Origin: a virus
Lineage: Duplodnaviria > Caudoviricetes
Virus record (IMG/VR): IMGVR_UViG_2886098363_000001
Coordinates: 12,318 to 76,317 of that record
Strand: one strand, 5' to 3'
Length of the DNA: 64,000 nucleotides
Of this stretch, positions 25,698 through 34,857 are shown piece by piece. The first letter of the stretch is position 1; the number at the start of each line of letters is the position of its first letter. The notes beneath the pieces were generated by a model. That model searched no databases. It was not told the DNA's origin and worked only from the letters and a program-made list of their open reading frames with translations. The position numbers were made by a program, and so were the translations under genes.

Positions 25698-26116
25698 TCC
25701 ACCTTTCCGCCCTTGATGCGGCCCGGTTGCTGGGTAGCAGCCCGAAGGTCAGGGGCGCAGCCAACCAGGTGCGTAAGGCCCAGCAGGTCACGTCCCTGCA
25801 CGACAAGGTGCTGAGCCAACTGGTCGGCCTTCCTGACCCCGCCACCGAGCTGTTGTTTCACCCCAAGCGCAAATGGCGCTTCGACTATGCCTGGCCCACT
25901 CGCATGATCGCCCTTGAGGTCCACGGCGGGATCCACTCCGGTGGCCGGCACACCCGGGGGAGGGGGTTCGTAGAGGACCGGGCCAAGATGAACGAGGCCA
26001 CCTTGCTCGGGTGGACCGTGCTGGAAGTTACCCCGGAACACATCAAATCCGGCCAGTTGCGTGCCTGGCTGCTCGCCGCTTTCAATCAGGACCCAGGCCT
26101 GAGGACCAAACCATGA
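25694..26116 (+). CDS. PD-(D/E)XK endonuclease-like protein (DUF559/Vsr-like)
   Basis: WRFDYAWP...IALEVHGG...GRHTRGRGF...KMNEATLLGWTVL. Confidence 0.75.
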   Translation: MIHLSALDAARLLGSSPKVRGAANQVRKAQQVTSLHDKVLSQLVGLPDPATELLFHPKRKWRFDYAWPTRMIALEVHGGIHSGGRHTRGRGFVEDRAKMNEATLLGWTVLEVTPEHIKSGQLRAWLLAAFNQDPGLRTKP

Positions 26117-26814
26117 CCAACTCTATCGAAATGGCTCTGCGCCTATTCTCGCCGAAGGGGGCGCTCCATGAGCCCGCCGCCGGCAGGCAGTTCAATGCTC
26201 TGGGCCGGGACGAGTTTATCGGCGCCCTGCAGGTTGCTGCAAAGAACAACCCCCAGGGGCTCCAGTTCCTCATGGCTGACCACCTGGGGGATGAACAAGC
26301 CCTTGCGTCGCTGCTGACGCACTTCAGCGCCACGCTGGGCAGCGACGAGGCCGGTGGTATGGCCATGGCAATCCTGCTGCGCCGCCCGCTGCCTGAGCAG
26401 TTGGAGCACTTGGTGCTGTCTCACCCGCACTATGACAAGGAGCGCCGCCGGGCCGCCGTGGTGATGGAGAAGGCCAAGCGCGCCCACCGGTCCGGCAATG
26501 ACCACGAGTACCAGCGCCTGCTGGCCGAGCGGAACGAGATCCTGCAGTTGGCTCGCGACCACTGTGTCGCCGAGATGCTGCGGTCAGGGCGTTGCCCGCA
26601 CTGCAATGGCACCGGGATCCGCCCGCGTAAGGGTGACGACTGCCCCAAGTGCCAAGGCACCGGCCGGGTCGTGCCACACGTAGAGTTGGTGTCGCGGCGG
26701 TTCGGGCAGGAGATGCGGCAGGCCGTAGAGCGTGCCGTTGATGAGGTGATCCACCAGGCGTCAGACCTGTCAAAGCTTATGGGCCGGCAGGTGAGGGAGA
26801 TGCGGGCGGCTTAG
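26113..26814 (+). CDS. Late antiterminator Q-like protein with Zn finger
   Basis: Last early gene before the late promoter and lysis genes. CPHCNGTG and CPKCQGTG motifs. Confidence 0.75.
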   Translation: MTNSIEMALRLFSPKGALHEPAAGRQFNALGRDEFIGALQVAAKNNPQGLQFLMADHLGDEQALASLLTHFSATLGSDEAGGMAMAILLRRPLPEQLEHLVLSHPHYDKERRRAAVVMEKAKRAHRSGNDHEYQRLLAERNEILQLARDHCVAEMLRSGRCPHCNGTGIRPRKGDDCPKCQGTGRVVPHVELVSRRFGQEMRQAVERAVDEVIHQASDLSKLMGRQVREMRAA

Positions 26815-26866
26815 GTGCGGAGCATTCGCCGCCGAGCAGGCGCAACCCCATGAATAGACGCAGTGA

Positions 26867-26965
26867 TTGAATCCACCCCTCCCCGGCGTTAGTATTGCTC
26901 AAAGATGGCCAGAGTCCCCGTGACCCTGGCCTTTTTCATTTCTGGCCCGCCTCGTGCGGGCTTTG
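26867..26965 (+). promoter_or_regulatory. Late promoter 1 with pause-like element and tandem terminators
   Basis: TTGAAT-17-TAGTAT, then AAAGAT, a GGCCAG hairpin with T5, and a GCCCGC hairpin. Confidence 0.75.
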
Positions 26966-26982
26966 TCGTTTCTGGAGGGGCG

Positions 26983-27297
26983 ATGACGCCTGACAAGGAC
27001 CCACAGAACTACAGCGTGCTCGCCTATCTGGCATTCGGTGGGCTGAGCGTATGGGGAGGGCTTGTGACCTACATACAGACGGTGAAACGCGAGGGAAGGC
27101 AGTTCCGATGGGCCGAGGCGCTGCTGCAGGTGGTGGTGTCAGGGTTCGCCGGGATGTTGACCATGCTGCTGAGCTGGTACATCGCAGCCCCGCTCCCGTT
27201 GTGCGGCTTCATGGCTGGCCTGGCTGGCTTGATGGGGTCGAAAGCACTGGAGCTGTACGAACGCCGGGCAACCGGCTGGATGGGAGGGAAGGAGTGA
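26983..27297 (+). CDS. Holin
   Basis: 104 aa with about 3 TM segments, first gene of the lysis cassette. Confidence 0.85.
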   Translation: MTPDKDPQNYSVLAYLAFGGLSVWGGLVTYIQTVKREGRQFRWAEALLQVVVSGFAGMLTMLLSWYIAAPLPLCGFMAGLAGLMGSKALELYERRATGWMGGKE

Positions 27298-27779
27298 TGG
27301 TGAAAATGCGCTGGGTAGATGAAGCCCGTAGGCATATCGGGTTGACGGAGATTAAGGGGCCCCAACACAACCCCGAGATCGTGGCGATGTGGAAGGCCAT
27401 CAAGCGGGGTGGCATCCGTGATGATGAAACCCCGTGGTGTGCCGCCTTTGTTGGAGCGTGCCTAGAGCGGGTCGGTATTCAGTCCACCCGGTTCGAGGGT
27501 GCGCGTTCCTATGCCTCCTGGGGGGAGAAGCTGGAAAAGCCGGTGGCAGGCTGCGTAGTGGTGTTTTCCCGGGATGGTGGCGGACACGTTGGGTTCGTAG
27601 TGGGGCAGGACAAGGCTGGCAATCTGCTGGTATTGGGCGGCAACCAAGCGGACGCGGTGAACGTGAAGGCGTTTCCTCGCTCTCGGGTAACCGCATACCG
27701 CTGGCCCGCCGGTGAGCCGAAGCCTGTGGGGGAATTGCCTGTGATGGCTGCGGCAGAGTTCTCGAAGTCCGAGGCATAG
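27297..27779 (+). CDS. TIGR02594-type NlpC/P60 (CHAP-like) protein, probable endolysin
   Basis: DETPWCAAFVG...GGGHVGFV...LGGNQ. Sits between the holin and spanins. Confidence 0.85.
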   Translation: MVKMRWVDEARRHIGLTEIKGPQHNPEIVAMWKAIKRGGIRDDETPWCAAFVGACLERVGIQSTRFEGARSYASWGEKLEKPVAGCVVVFSRDGGGHVGFVVGQDKAGNLLVLGGNQADAVNVKAFPRSRVTAYRWPAGEPKPVGELPVMAAAEFSKSEA

Positions 27780-27832
27780 GCGCAAGCCTTGCCAATATCG
27801 CCGGATAACCGGTAACAGCAGAGGAGAGTGCG

Positions 27833-28057
27833 ATGGAACACATCGTTGAGGTGGTCATCAACTGGATTGTCATCCTGATGGCTGTAGTGGGCGGCGCGTC
27901 CATGGTGGTGCAGGGGCTGGCCAAGATCGCGGCCGTCACCCCGTCCACCCGGGACGATGAGGTGATCGGGAAGGTGCAGGCCTTCTTGGTTGGCCTGACC
28001 AAGGTGCTGGACAAGCTGGCTATGAACCTGCCGGCTGAGAAAGCCAGGAAGCAATAA
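27833..28057 (+). CDS. Small membrane protein in the lysis cassette
   Basis: Hydrophobic N-terminus and a TPSTRDD motif. Confidence 0.7.
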   Translation: MEHIVEVVINWIVILMAVVGGASMVVQGLAKIAAVTPSTRDDEVIGKVQAFLVGLTKVLDKLAMNLPAEKARKQ

Positions 28058-28058
28058 C

Positions 28059-28289
28059 ATGAACAGCTTGCTCCAACTGCTCGACATTCTAACGGCCCTT
28101 CTGGGCCGTTGGCTTAAGCAGGAGAGGGCAAGGGAGGTGCAGGAACGCTATGACAAGAATCATGCGGACCCACAGGGGTGTTTTGCTGAGCGTTTCGGTG
28201 CTGCTTCTGGTCAGTTGCCAGACAGCTCCAAGCCAAACAGCGAACTGCCCGCCACCCACACCCAGGCTGACATGGAACCCCGCCGCTAA
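28059..28289 (+). CDS. Putative i-spanin (Rz-like)
   Basis: N-terminal hydrophobic helix, overlapped by a +1-frame lipoprotein ORF. Confidence 0.6.
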   Translation: MNSLLQLLDILTALLGRWLKQERAREVQERYDKNHADPQGCFAERFGAASGQLPDSSKPNSELPATHTQADMEPRR

Positions 28290-28368
28290 TGGCGGGGTTT
28301 GTCTTTCTGGGGAATCCACAGCCGACCTACTGGACTATCTCGATGCACTGGAGCGATGCGGTGGTTAA
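28150..28368 (+). CDS. Putative o-spanin lipoprotein (Rz1-like)
   Basis: Lipobox LLVSC and Pro-rich CPPPTP. Overlaps the previous gene. Confidence 0.7.
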   Translation: MTRIMRTHRGVLLSVSVLLLVSCQTAPSQTANCPPPTPRLTWNPAANGGVCLSGESTADLLDYLDALERCGG

Positions 28369-28522
28369 TGGCATTACCGTGACCGGGGTTGTTACTCAGG
28401 TGAGGGAGTATGACGGGAGTCAGGCCCTGGTCACCCTGAATACTGGCGTCTCCGTCGTGGTACCGGCTACCCATGAGCCTGTACCTGGTGATGCCATCGT
28501 CGAAGGCGAGCTATCTCTCTAA

Positions 28523-29413
28523 ATGGCAAAGACCGACTGGGCACAGCTCAATGCAGAGTTCCTGCAGGAGCATGAAGCGACAGGCATCACTGCGAAAGAC
28601 TGGTGTGACAGCCGCGGCCTGAACTACAACTCGGCGCGTCGCTATTTGAAATCTCGGGGGCAATCTCCTGCGCAACCTGATAAATCTCGCGTAGCTGCGC
28701 AATCTGCGCATTCCGAAGTGCGCAAAACTGCGCAATCTGCGCAAAGTGCGCAAACCAAGGAGAATGAGGCCAAGGCCAAAGGGGGAGAGCGAAGAGGGGA
28801 GAAGTCCTCGGCATCCACTTATACCCCGGCCAGCTTGGACCAGAACTCGAAAACCAACTCGGGGCGCCAGCCAGATGGGCGCTTTGACAAGGGAAATCGG
28901 GAGTCCGTAGGCAACCAAGGCAACCAGAACCCACCGAATAAGTGGCAACCCGGCGACCGGCCTGCACTGACCCATGGCGGTTATGCCAAGTACCTCGATG
29001 CGGAGGAGCTGTTCGACCAGGCTCGCGAGCTGCAACTGCGCGACGAGCTGGACTTCACCCGGGCGCGAGTCATTTCCGTCACCAAGCTGCTCAAGGGTCT
29101 GCAGCAGGACCTGGTCACGGCCAGCGAGATGACCGACCGGATTGCGCTCTATGACAAGATCCTGAAAGCAGAGCAGGCCCTCGACCGCAACATCCAGCGG
29201 ATTGAGTCCATCGAGCGAACCCTAAGCGCCCTTCGCATCGACGAAGTGAGTGTGCCGAAGATTGAGGAAGATACTCGCCGGATCCGGGCTGCTGCGCGCA
29301 AGCTGACCGCCGAAGCCGACCGGCTCGAGAAGGATGGCGGCAGCGAGGCCACTCCGGTCAGCGAGATGGTTTCCGAGCTCCACGACATGGGGACCGGGGG
29401 GCTGATGTCGTGA
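28523..29413 (+). CDS. terS: Terminase small subunit
   Basis: N-terminal HTH (DWAQLNAEF...GLNYNSARRY), GRFDKGN and HGGYAKY. Lies upstream of terL. Confidence 0.8.
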   Translation: MAKTDWAQLNAEFLQEHEATGITAKDWCDSRGLNYNSARRYLKSRGQSPAQPDKSRVAAQSAHSEVRKTAQSAQSAQTKENEAKAKGGERRGEKSSASTYTPASLDQNSKTNSGRQPDGRFDKGNRESVGNQGNQNPPNKWQPGDRPALTHGGYAKYLDAEELFDQARELQLRDELDFTRARVISVTKLLKGLQQDLVTASEMTDRIALYDKILKAEQALDRNIQRIESIERTLSALRIDEVSVPKIEEDTRRIRAAARKLTAEADRLEKDGGSEATPVSEMVSELHDMGTGGLMS

Positions 29414-29425
29414 TAGTATTTACAA

Positions 29426-29743
29426 ATGTCATTAGCGCGGGTTGGTGAGATGAAAATTTACAGCGTGGGAGAATCAGGAGCTTTGGTGAGCATTGGTGAT
29501 GATAGCGTGCTGCCAAAGGATGTAAGTCACGCCCTACGCCGTGGTGAGAGGCTAACCTATTGTCTGACGGATGCGATGGATGGCTTTGATGGTGGCTCTG
29601 TTACGTTTGAGCCGACATTGATATATCAAGATGGCAAACTTCATGAGTGTGGGTCTGTAATCCGGGATGCCAGAGAAGCTCAGGCATTCGCAGAGTATTA
29701 CGAGCGTTACACAGAGCTCACCCCATGCAGGAGCCAGCCATGA
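29426..29743 (+). CDS. Hypothetical moron between terS and terL
   Basis: 105 aa, AT-richer, followed by a terminator-like hairpin near 29775-29795. Confidence 0.55.
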   Translation: MSLARVGEMKIYSVGESGALVSIGDDSVLPKDVSHALRRGERLTYCLTDAMDGFDGGSVTFEPTLIYQDGKLHECGSVIRDAREAQAFAEYYERYTELTPCRSQP

Positions 29744-29811
29744 AACAAGTAGCCACAGCTTCAACAACACCAACCCGCCTCGGCGGGTTTTTTATTGCCT
29801 GAGATCCCACG

Positions 29812-31509
29812 ATGACCGAACTCGACACCTCCGCCATGACTGAGCAGGAGCAGATGGCCTACATCCGCTCGAAGCTCAGCGATAAGTGGTGGCGGATGAA
29901 CAACCTCTACATGATCGAGAACGAGCAGGGCCAGCTGGTGCGCTTCCGGCTGCGCCCAGCACAGGAGCTGCTGTTCCGGACCATGTGGTACCTGAACATC
30001 ATCCTCAAGGCGCGTCAGCTCGGATTCTCCACGGCCATCGACATCTATCTGCTGGACGAGGCGCTGTTCAACAAGAACCTCAAGTGCGGGATCATCGCCC
30101 AGGACCTGACGGCCGCCGGCGAGATCTACCGCACCAAGATCGAAGTCCCGTTCGATAACCTGCCGGGCTGGCTCAAGGCCCAGTTCAAGGTGGTGACCCG
30201 GCGCGGCGGGGCGAATGGCGGACACATCCTGTTCCGGCATGGCTCCAGCATCCAGGTGGCTACCTCGTTCCGGTCCGGTACCGTCCAGCGCCTGCATGTC
30301 TCCGAGCACGGGAAGATCTGCGCCAAGTACCCCGAGAAGGCCAAGGAGGTGCGTACCGGTACCCTGCAGGCAATCCACCCGGGCGCCGTGGCCTTCATCG
30401 AGAGCACAGCCGAAGGGGTAGGGGGCGACTTCCACGCTATGAGCATGAAGTCCCTCGAGCTGGCCAGGGCATCCGGTGAGCTCAGCCAGCTTGATTGGAA
30501 GTTCCACTTCTTCGCCTGGTGGCAGGATCCCAAGTATCGCGCCGACGTGCCGGCATCCGGCGTAGTGATGAGCAAGACCCAGGCGGAGTATTTCGCCGCG
30601 GTCGAGAGGTCGATGGGTTGCACCATTACCGACGAGCAGCGGCAATGGTACGTGCTGAAAGAGTCCACCTTGGGCGCCGAGATGAAGCAGGAGTTCCCCA
30701 GCACGCCGCTGGAGGCCTTCCTGACCTCTGGGCGCCGGGTGTTCGACCCCATCCATACCATGGATGCCGAGGGCGATTGCATGGCCCCGCTCATCGTCTA
30801 CGACATCGACCCGGTGACCGGCAAGCGCGAGAAGGCTCGCAAGCCGGAGAAGCTGGACGAGCGTGGCCAGCGCTCCCTCGAGAACATGCTGCTGGTCTGG
30901 GAGCTGCCAGACCCCGACGAGGATTACGCCATCGGCGCCGACGTGGCGGAAGGACTGGAGCACGGCGACCGCTCAAGCCTCGACGTGACAGCCAAGAGCG
31001 ACGGCCGGCAGGTGGCCCACTGGTTTGGGCATCTCGACCCGGGGCTGTTTGCCCAACTGCTTGCCCACGTTGGCAGGTTCTACGGCACCGCAGAGCATGG
31101 CCCGGCCTACATCGGCCCGGAGCGCAACAACCACGGCCACGCTGTGCTGCTCAAGCTCCGTGAAATCTACCCAACCCGGCGCATCTACACCCAGGAGCAC
31201 ATCGACCGGGACCGCGACGACGAGACCCCGCGCCTCGGCTGGCTCACCACTCGGCAGTCCAAGCCGATCCTGGTTGATGGCCTCAAGGCCCTGCTGCGTG
31301 CCGGGCAGTCCGGGATCCGCTGGATCGGTACCATTTCCGAAGCCACCACCTACGTCTACGACAAGAGCGGCAGCATGAACGCCCAGGACGGCTGCTACGA
31401 CGACCAGCTCATGAGCTACATGATTGCCCAAGAGATGCGTGCCCGGATGCCGGCCCGCATCGTCAAACCTGAATCCTTCCGCAAACCCAAGCACTGGATG
31501 GCCAACTGA
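29812..31509 (+). CDS. terL: Terminase large subunit
   Basis: ILKARQLGFST Walker A, LHVSEHG Walker B, ESTAEG, IGADVAEG nuclease, DDQLMS. Confidence 0.95.
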   Translation: MTELDTSAMTEQEQMAYIRSKLSDKWWRMNNLYMIENEQGQLVRFRLRPAQELLFRTMWYLNIILKARQLGFSTAIDIYLLDEALFNKNLKCGIIAQDLTAAGEIYRTKIEVPFDNLPGWLKAQFKVVTRRGGANGGHILFRHGSSIQVATSFRSGTVQRLHVSEHGKICAKYPEKAKEVRTGTLQAIHPGAVAFIESTAEGVGGDFHAMSMKSLELARASGELSQLDWKFHFFAWWQDPKYRADVPASGVVMSKTQAEYFAAVERSMGCTITDEQRQWYVLKESTLGAEMKQEFPSTPLEAFLTSGRRVFDPIHTMDAEGDCMAPLIVYDIDPVTGKREKARKPEKLDERGQRSLENMLLVWELPDPDEDYAIGADVAEGLEHGDRSSLDVTAKSDGRQVAHWFGHLDPGLFAQLLAHVGRFYGTAEHGPAYIGPERNNHGHAVLLKLREIYPTRRIYTQEHIDRDRDDETPRLGWLTTRQSKPILVDGLKALLRAGQSGIRWIGTISEATTYVYDKSGSMNAQDGCYDDQLMSYMIAQEMRARMPARIVKPESFRKPKHWMAN

Positions 31510-33635
31510 TGATCAACGCCCAACCCAAGGCCCCTGAAAAAGGCGGCCTCGATACCCCGCGCCTGCTCAAACTGATGAGCGATATCAACGGCCAGCCGGA
31601 CTGGCGAAGCCTTGCCAATCGAGCTTGCGCTTACTACGACAACGACCAACTGCCACCTGCGGTAAAAAAGGCACTCGATGAACGCGGGCAGCCCGTCACG
31701 ATCCACAACCTCATCGCCCCGACTATCGACGGCGTGCTGGGGATGGAGGCCAAGAGCCGCACCGATCTGATGGTGATCGCCGATGACCACGACGACGAGC
31801 TGGAGCAGCTGGCGGAGGCCGTCAACGCTGAATATGCCGATATGTGCCGCCTGGGTGGACTGGACCGCGCCCGAGGCGAGGCGTATGGCGGCCAGATAAA
31901 GACCGGTGTGGGCTGGGTTGAGGTATGCCGCCGCGATGACCCGTTCGGCCCGCGCTACAAGTTCAGCAACGTCCACCGAGACGAGGTTTATTGGGACTGG
32001 CACAGCAGGGAGCCGGACCTAAGCGACTGCCGCTGGTTGATGCGCCGCCGCTGGGTCGATCTGGATGAGGCCAAGACCATGTTCCCGAGCAAGGCACAGG
32101 CGCTGCAGTGGGGCGTCAACGACTGGGAGGGGATGGTAAGCCTGACCGCCATCGAGGGGATGGATCCCAACCTAGTCAGTGCCTATGACGAGTGGAGTCA
32201 GTTCAGCGGCAAGGAGATAGAGTGGTGCAGCCGGGAGCGGGACCGGGTGCTGCTGCAAGTGGTCTACTACCGCACCTACACCATGCGTCAGGTGCTGAAG
32301 CTCGACTCAGGCCGGGCGTTGGAATACGACAAGACCAATCAACTGCATCTCGCTGCTGTGGCCATGGGGCGCGCCAAGCTGGAACGCTGCCCGGTGGCCG
32401 TGATCCGGGAATCCTGGTTCGTCGGCCCTCATCATCTGGTTGATCGACCCTGCTCTGCTCCCCACAACATGTACCCGCTGGTGCCGTTCTGGGGGTATCG
32501 CAAAGACCGCACCGGCGAACCCTATGGGCTGATTGCTCGAGCCATGCCGGCGCAGGACGAGGTGAACCTGCGGCGTATCAAGCTCACCTTCCTGCTGCAG
32601 GCCAAGCGCGTCATCATGGACAAGGACGCCACCAACATGAGCCGGGATCAGGTGCTGGAGCAAGTCGAGCGCCCCGATGGCTATATCGAGCTCAACCCTG
32701 ACCGAGCCAACAAGACCAGCGTGAGCGATGCCTTCAAGGTAGAGCAGGACTTCAACGTGGCGGCCCAGCAGTTTCAGGTGATGCAGGACTCGGTGAAGCT
32801 GATCCAGGACACCATGGGGGTTTATGCCGCCTTCCTGGGCCAGGGCTCCACCGGACAATCTGGTGTGGCCATCAGCAACCTGGTGGAGCAGGGGGCAACC
32901 ACGCTTTCCGAGATCAACGACAACTACAGGATGGGCTGCCAGCAAGTGGGGCAGTTGGCACTGGCATACCTGCTGGAAGACATGGCCAGCAAGCGCAACT
33001 ACAAGGTGACAGTGAACCGGGATGACCCCCGCCGCCGCAAGGCCGTAGTGGTCAACGTGGAGCAGGAGGATGGCAAACTCACCAATGATGTGACCCGGCT
33101 GCGGGCACATATCGCACTGGCGCCGATCCAGCAGACTGCCGCCTACAAGCAACAACTGGCCGAGCGGATGACCCAGGCTATGTCCCAACTTCCGCCAGAG
33201 GCTGCAGGTGCCTGCTTTGACCTGCTGGTCGAGCTGATGGATGTACCGCGCAAGGCCGAGTTTGTGGAGCGGATCCGCAATGCCCTGAACATCCCGAAAG
33301 ACCCGGACGAGATGAACGAGGAGGAGCGCGCAGCCGCCGAGCAGCAAGCCCAGCAGGCCCAGATGCAGCAGGAGCTTGCCATGCGCGAGATGCAGGCCAA
33401 GCTGGCCGAGCTGGAGGGCAAGGCCGCCAAGTGGCAGGCAGAGGCCCAGCGCATCGCCAAGCTGACCGACTCCATCCGGTTCGAGGATGCCCTCAAGCAG
33501 GCCCAGACCGGCAAGACGCTGCAGGAGATGGAACGGCTCGCCGCCGAGCAGCAGAGCATCCAGGGGGAGCAGGCCGTGCTGCAGGCTCAGCTGTTGGACA
33601 CCATCCAACAGCAGATCGACGCCATCGCGCTCTGA
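31509..33635 (+). CDS. Portal protein (P22/933W-like)
   Basis: 708 aa after terL. NLIAPTIDGVLGME motif and a C-terminal coiled-coil barrel. Confidence 0.9.
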   Translation: MINAQPKAPEKGGLDTPRLLKLMSDINGQPDWRSLANRACAYYDNDQLPPAVKKALDERGQPVTIHNLIAPTIDGVLGMEAKSRTDLMVIADDHDDELEQLAEAVNAEYADMCRLGGLDRARGEAYGGQIKTGVGWVEVCRRDDPFGPRYKFSNVHRDEVYWDWHSREPDLSDCRWLMRRRWVDLDEAKTMFPSKAQALQWGVNDWEGMVSLTAIEGMDPNLVSAYDEWSQFSGKEIEWCSRERDRVLLQVVYYRTYTMRQVLKLDSGRALEYDKTNQLHLAAVAMGRAKLERCPVAVIRESWFVGPHHLVDRPCSAPHNMYPLVPFWGYRKDRTGEPYGLIARAMPAQDEVNLRRIKLTFLLQAKRVIMDKDATNMSRDQVLEQVERPDGYIELNPDRANKTSVSDAFKVEQDFNVAAQQFQVMQDSVKLIQDTMGVYAAFLGQGSTGQSGVAISNLVEQGATTLSEINDNYRMGCQQVGQLALAYLLEDMASKRNYKVTVNRDDPRRRKAVVVNVEQEDGKLTNDVTRLRAHIALAPIQQTAAYKQQLAERMTQAMSQLPPEAAGACFDLLVELMDVPRKAEFVERIRNALNIPKDPDEMNEEERAAAEQQAQQAQMQQELAMREMQAKLAELEGKAAKWQAEAQRIAKLTDSIRFEDALKQAQTGKTLQEMERLAAEQQSIQGEQAVLQAQLLDTIQQQIDAIAL

Positions 33636-33638
33636 CAG

Positions 33639-33745
33639 TTGCTTTCCTGACCTGCCAGCGTTACGATTTCCCCAACATGGCCCAGTCTCTCGAGATTGGG
33701 CCTTTTTCATTTCCAGACCCGGCCATTGTGCCGGGTTTTTTATTT
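33639..33745 (+). promoter_or_regulatory. Late promoter 2 with tandem terminators
   Basis: TTGCTT-17(...CAGCGT)-TACGAT, CAACAT, a GGCCC hairpin with T5, and a CCCGGC hairpin with T6. Confidence 0.7.
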
Positions 33746-33755
33746 GGAGCTGGAC

Positions 33756-34721
33756 ATGACCGACAAGGTTGAGTTGAAAGGTGTACTTGAAGCAGCCCTC
33801 AGTGAAGATGGTGGCATTATCCTCATCCGTAACGCGATGGCCGAGTTCCAGTCGCACAAGAAGGTTCATGCGGCAGTAATCTCCGAGATTCATCCGTGTG
33901 ATGATCATGGCAGCTTCATGATCGACATCTCCAGCCCCCTCAATGCCGATATCACCATTCCCTACATGGTTACCCCTGACATGGTTGCCCGCTTTACCCC
34001 CAGCATTGGTGACTACATCGTGCTCTATGAGAACGACTATGTGTCATTCAGCCCGAAAGATGTGTTTGAGGGTGGATACCTCATGATCGAAGAACCGGCC
34101 GTGTGCGCCAGTGAAGAAGATGCCGAGATGGAGCGCGAGATCCAGACTCTCGGACTGACCGCGCCGCGTGTTACTCCGGACCAGATCGATGCTCTGATGC
34201 GTGGCGTTCGCTATGAGGTTCAGGTTGTTCCCGGTACCACAACCACGCTGGCTACCGCCATTGCTGCCAACGGCTTCACCCTGGCCATCGGCATGACCGC
34301 CTGCGCCGACCCGGCCAACTTCAATGCAGATCTTGGCGCCAAGTACGCCATCAAGGATGCCGAAGCCAAGGCCCGCCAAGAGCTGTGGAAGCTGGAAGGG
34401 TGGCGGCTCAAGTGCCAGCTGGCAGAACAGTCGAGCCTCTCACCCACCCCAGATCCCATTTTCACCGGGTTCGCCAACTATCATTCCAAGCCTATCGTGC
34501 GCACCGCTCACCAGATCACCGAGGCCGATATCGTTGACGATATTGACGAGGTAGACGGCAGAGGAAGCTACATACTGGCCTTCATCAAGAATGGCGAGGA
34601 ACATATCTACAACTTCTTTGCCAACAAGCGTCCGGTGTTGGGGGATTACGTCGTATTCCTCAACGCTGATGATATGTATCACTGCGACAAGGCCACGTTC
34701 GACGAGCGCAACCACACCTGA
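33756..34721 (+). CDS. Three-domain protein: PGDYG/Tad2-like, Gp49 (N4 gp49/Sf6 gp66), PGDYG-like
   Basis: PSIGDYIVLYENDYVSFSPKDVFEGGY; APRVTPDQID...ACADPANFNADLG...LWKLEGW; PVLGDYVVF...YHCDKATF. Confidence 0.75.
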   Translation: MTDKVELKGVLEAALSEDGGIILIRNAMAEFQSHKKVHAAVISEIHPCDDHGSFMIDISSPLNADITIPYMVTPDMVARFTPSIGDYIVLYENDYVSFSPKDVFEGGYLMIEEPAVCASEEDAEMEREIQTLGLTAPRVTPDQIDALMRGVRYEVQVVPGTTTTLATAIAANGFTLAIGMTACADPANFNADLGAKYAIKDAEAKARQELWKLEGWRLKCQLAEQSSLSPTPDPIFTGFANYHSKPIVRTAHQITEADIVDDIDEVDGRGSYILAFIKNGEEHIYNFFANKRPVLGDYVVFLNADDMYHCDKATFDERNHT

Positions 34722-34857
34722 CCCTATTACCTACCAGCCAGTTAGCCCGCCCCGTGCGGGCTTTTTTATGCCCAGCTCCAGCCGGAGAGGGCTTTCACCG
34801 AGAGCCTTCCCCCGCTTGGGCAGCGATACCACCCACTGAAAACCCACGAGGACAACC

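Noticed and set aside
22569-31509. Inteins in DnaB or the large terminase, which are common hosts
   Set aside because: Both proteins are of normal length with contiguous motifs and no HINT signatures.
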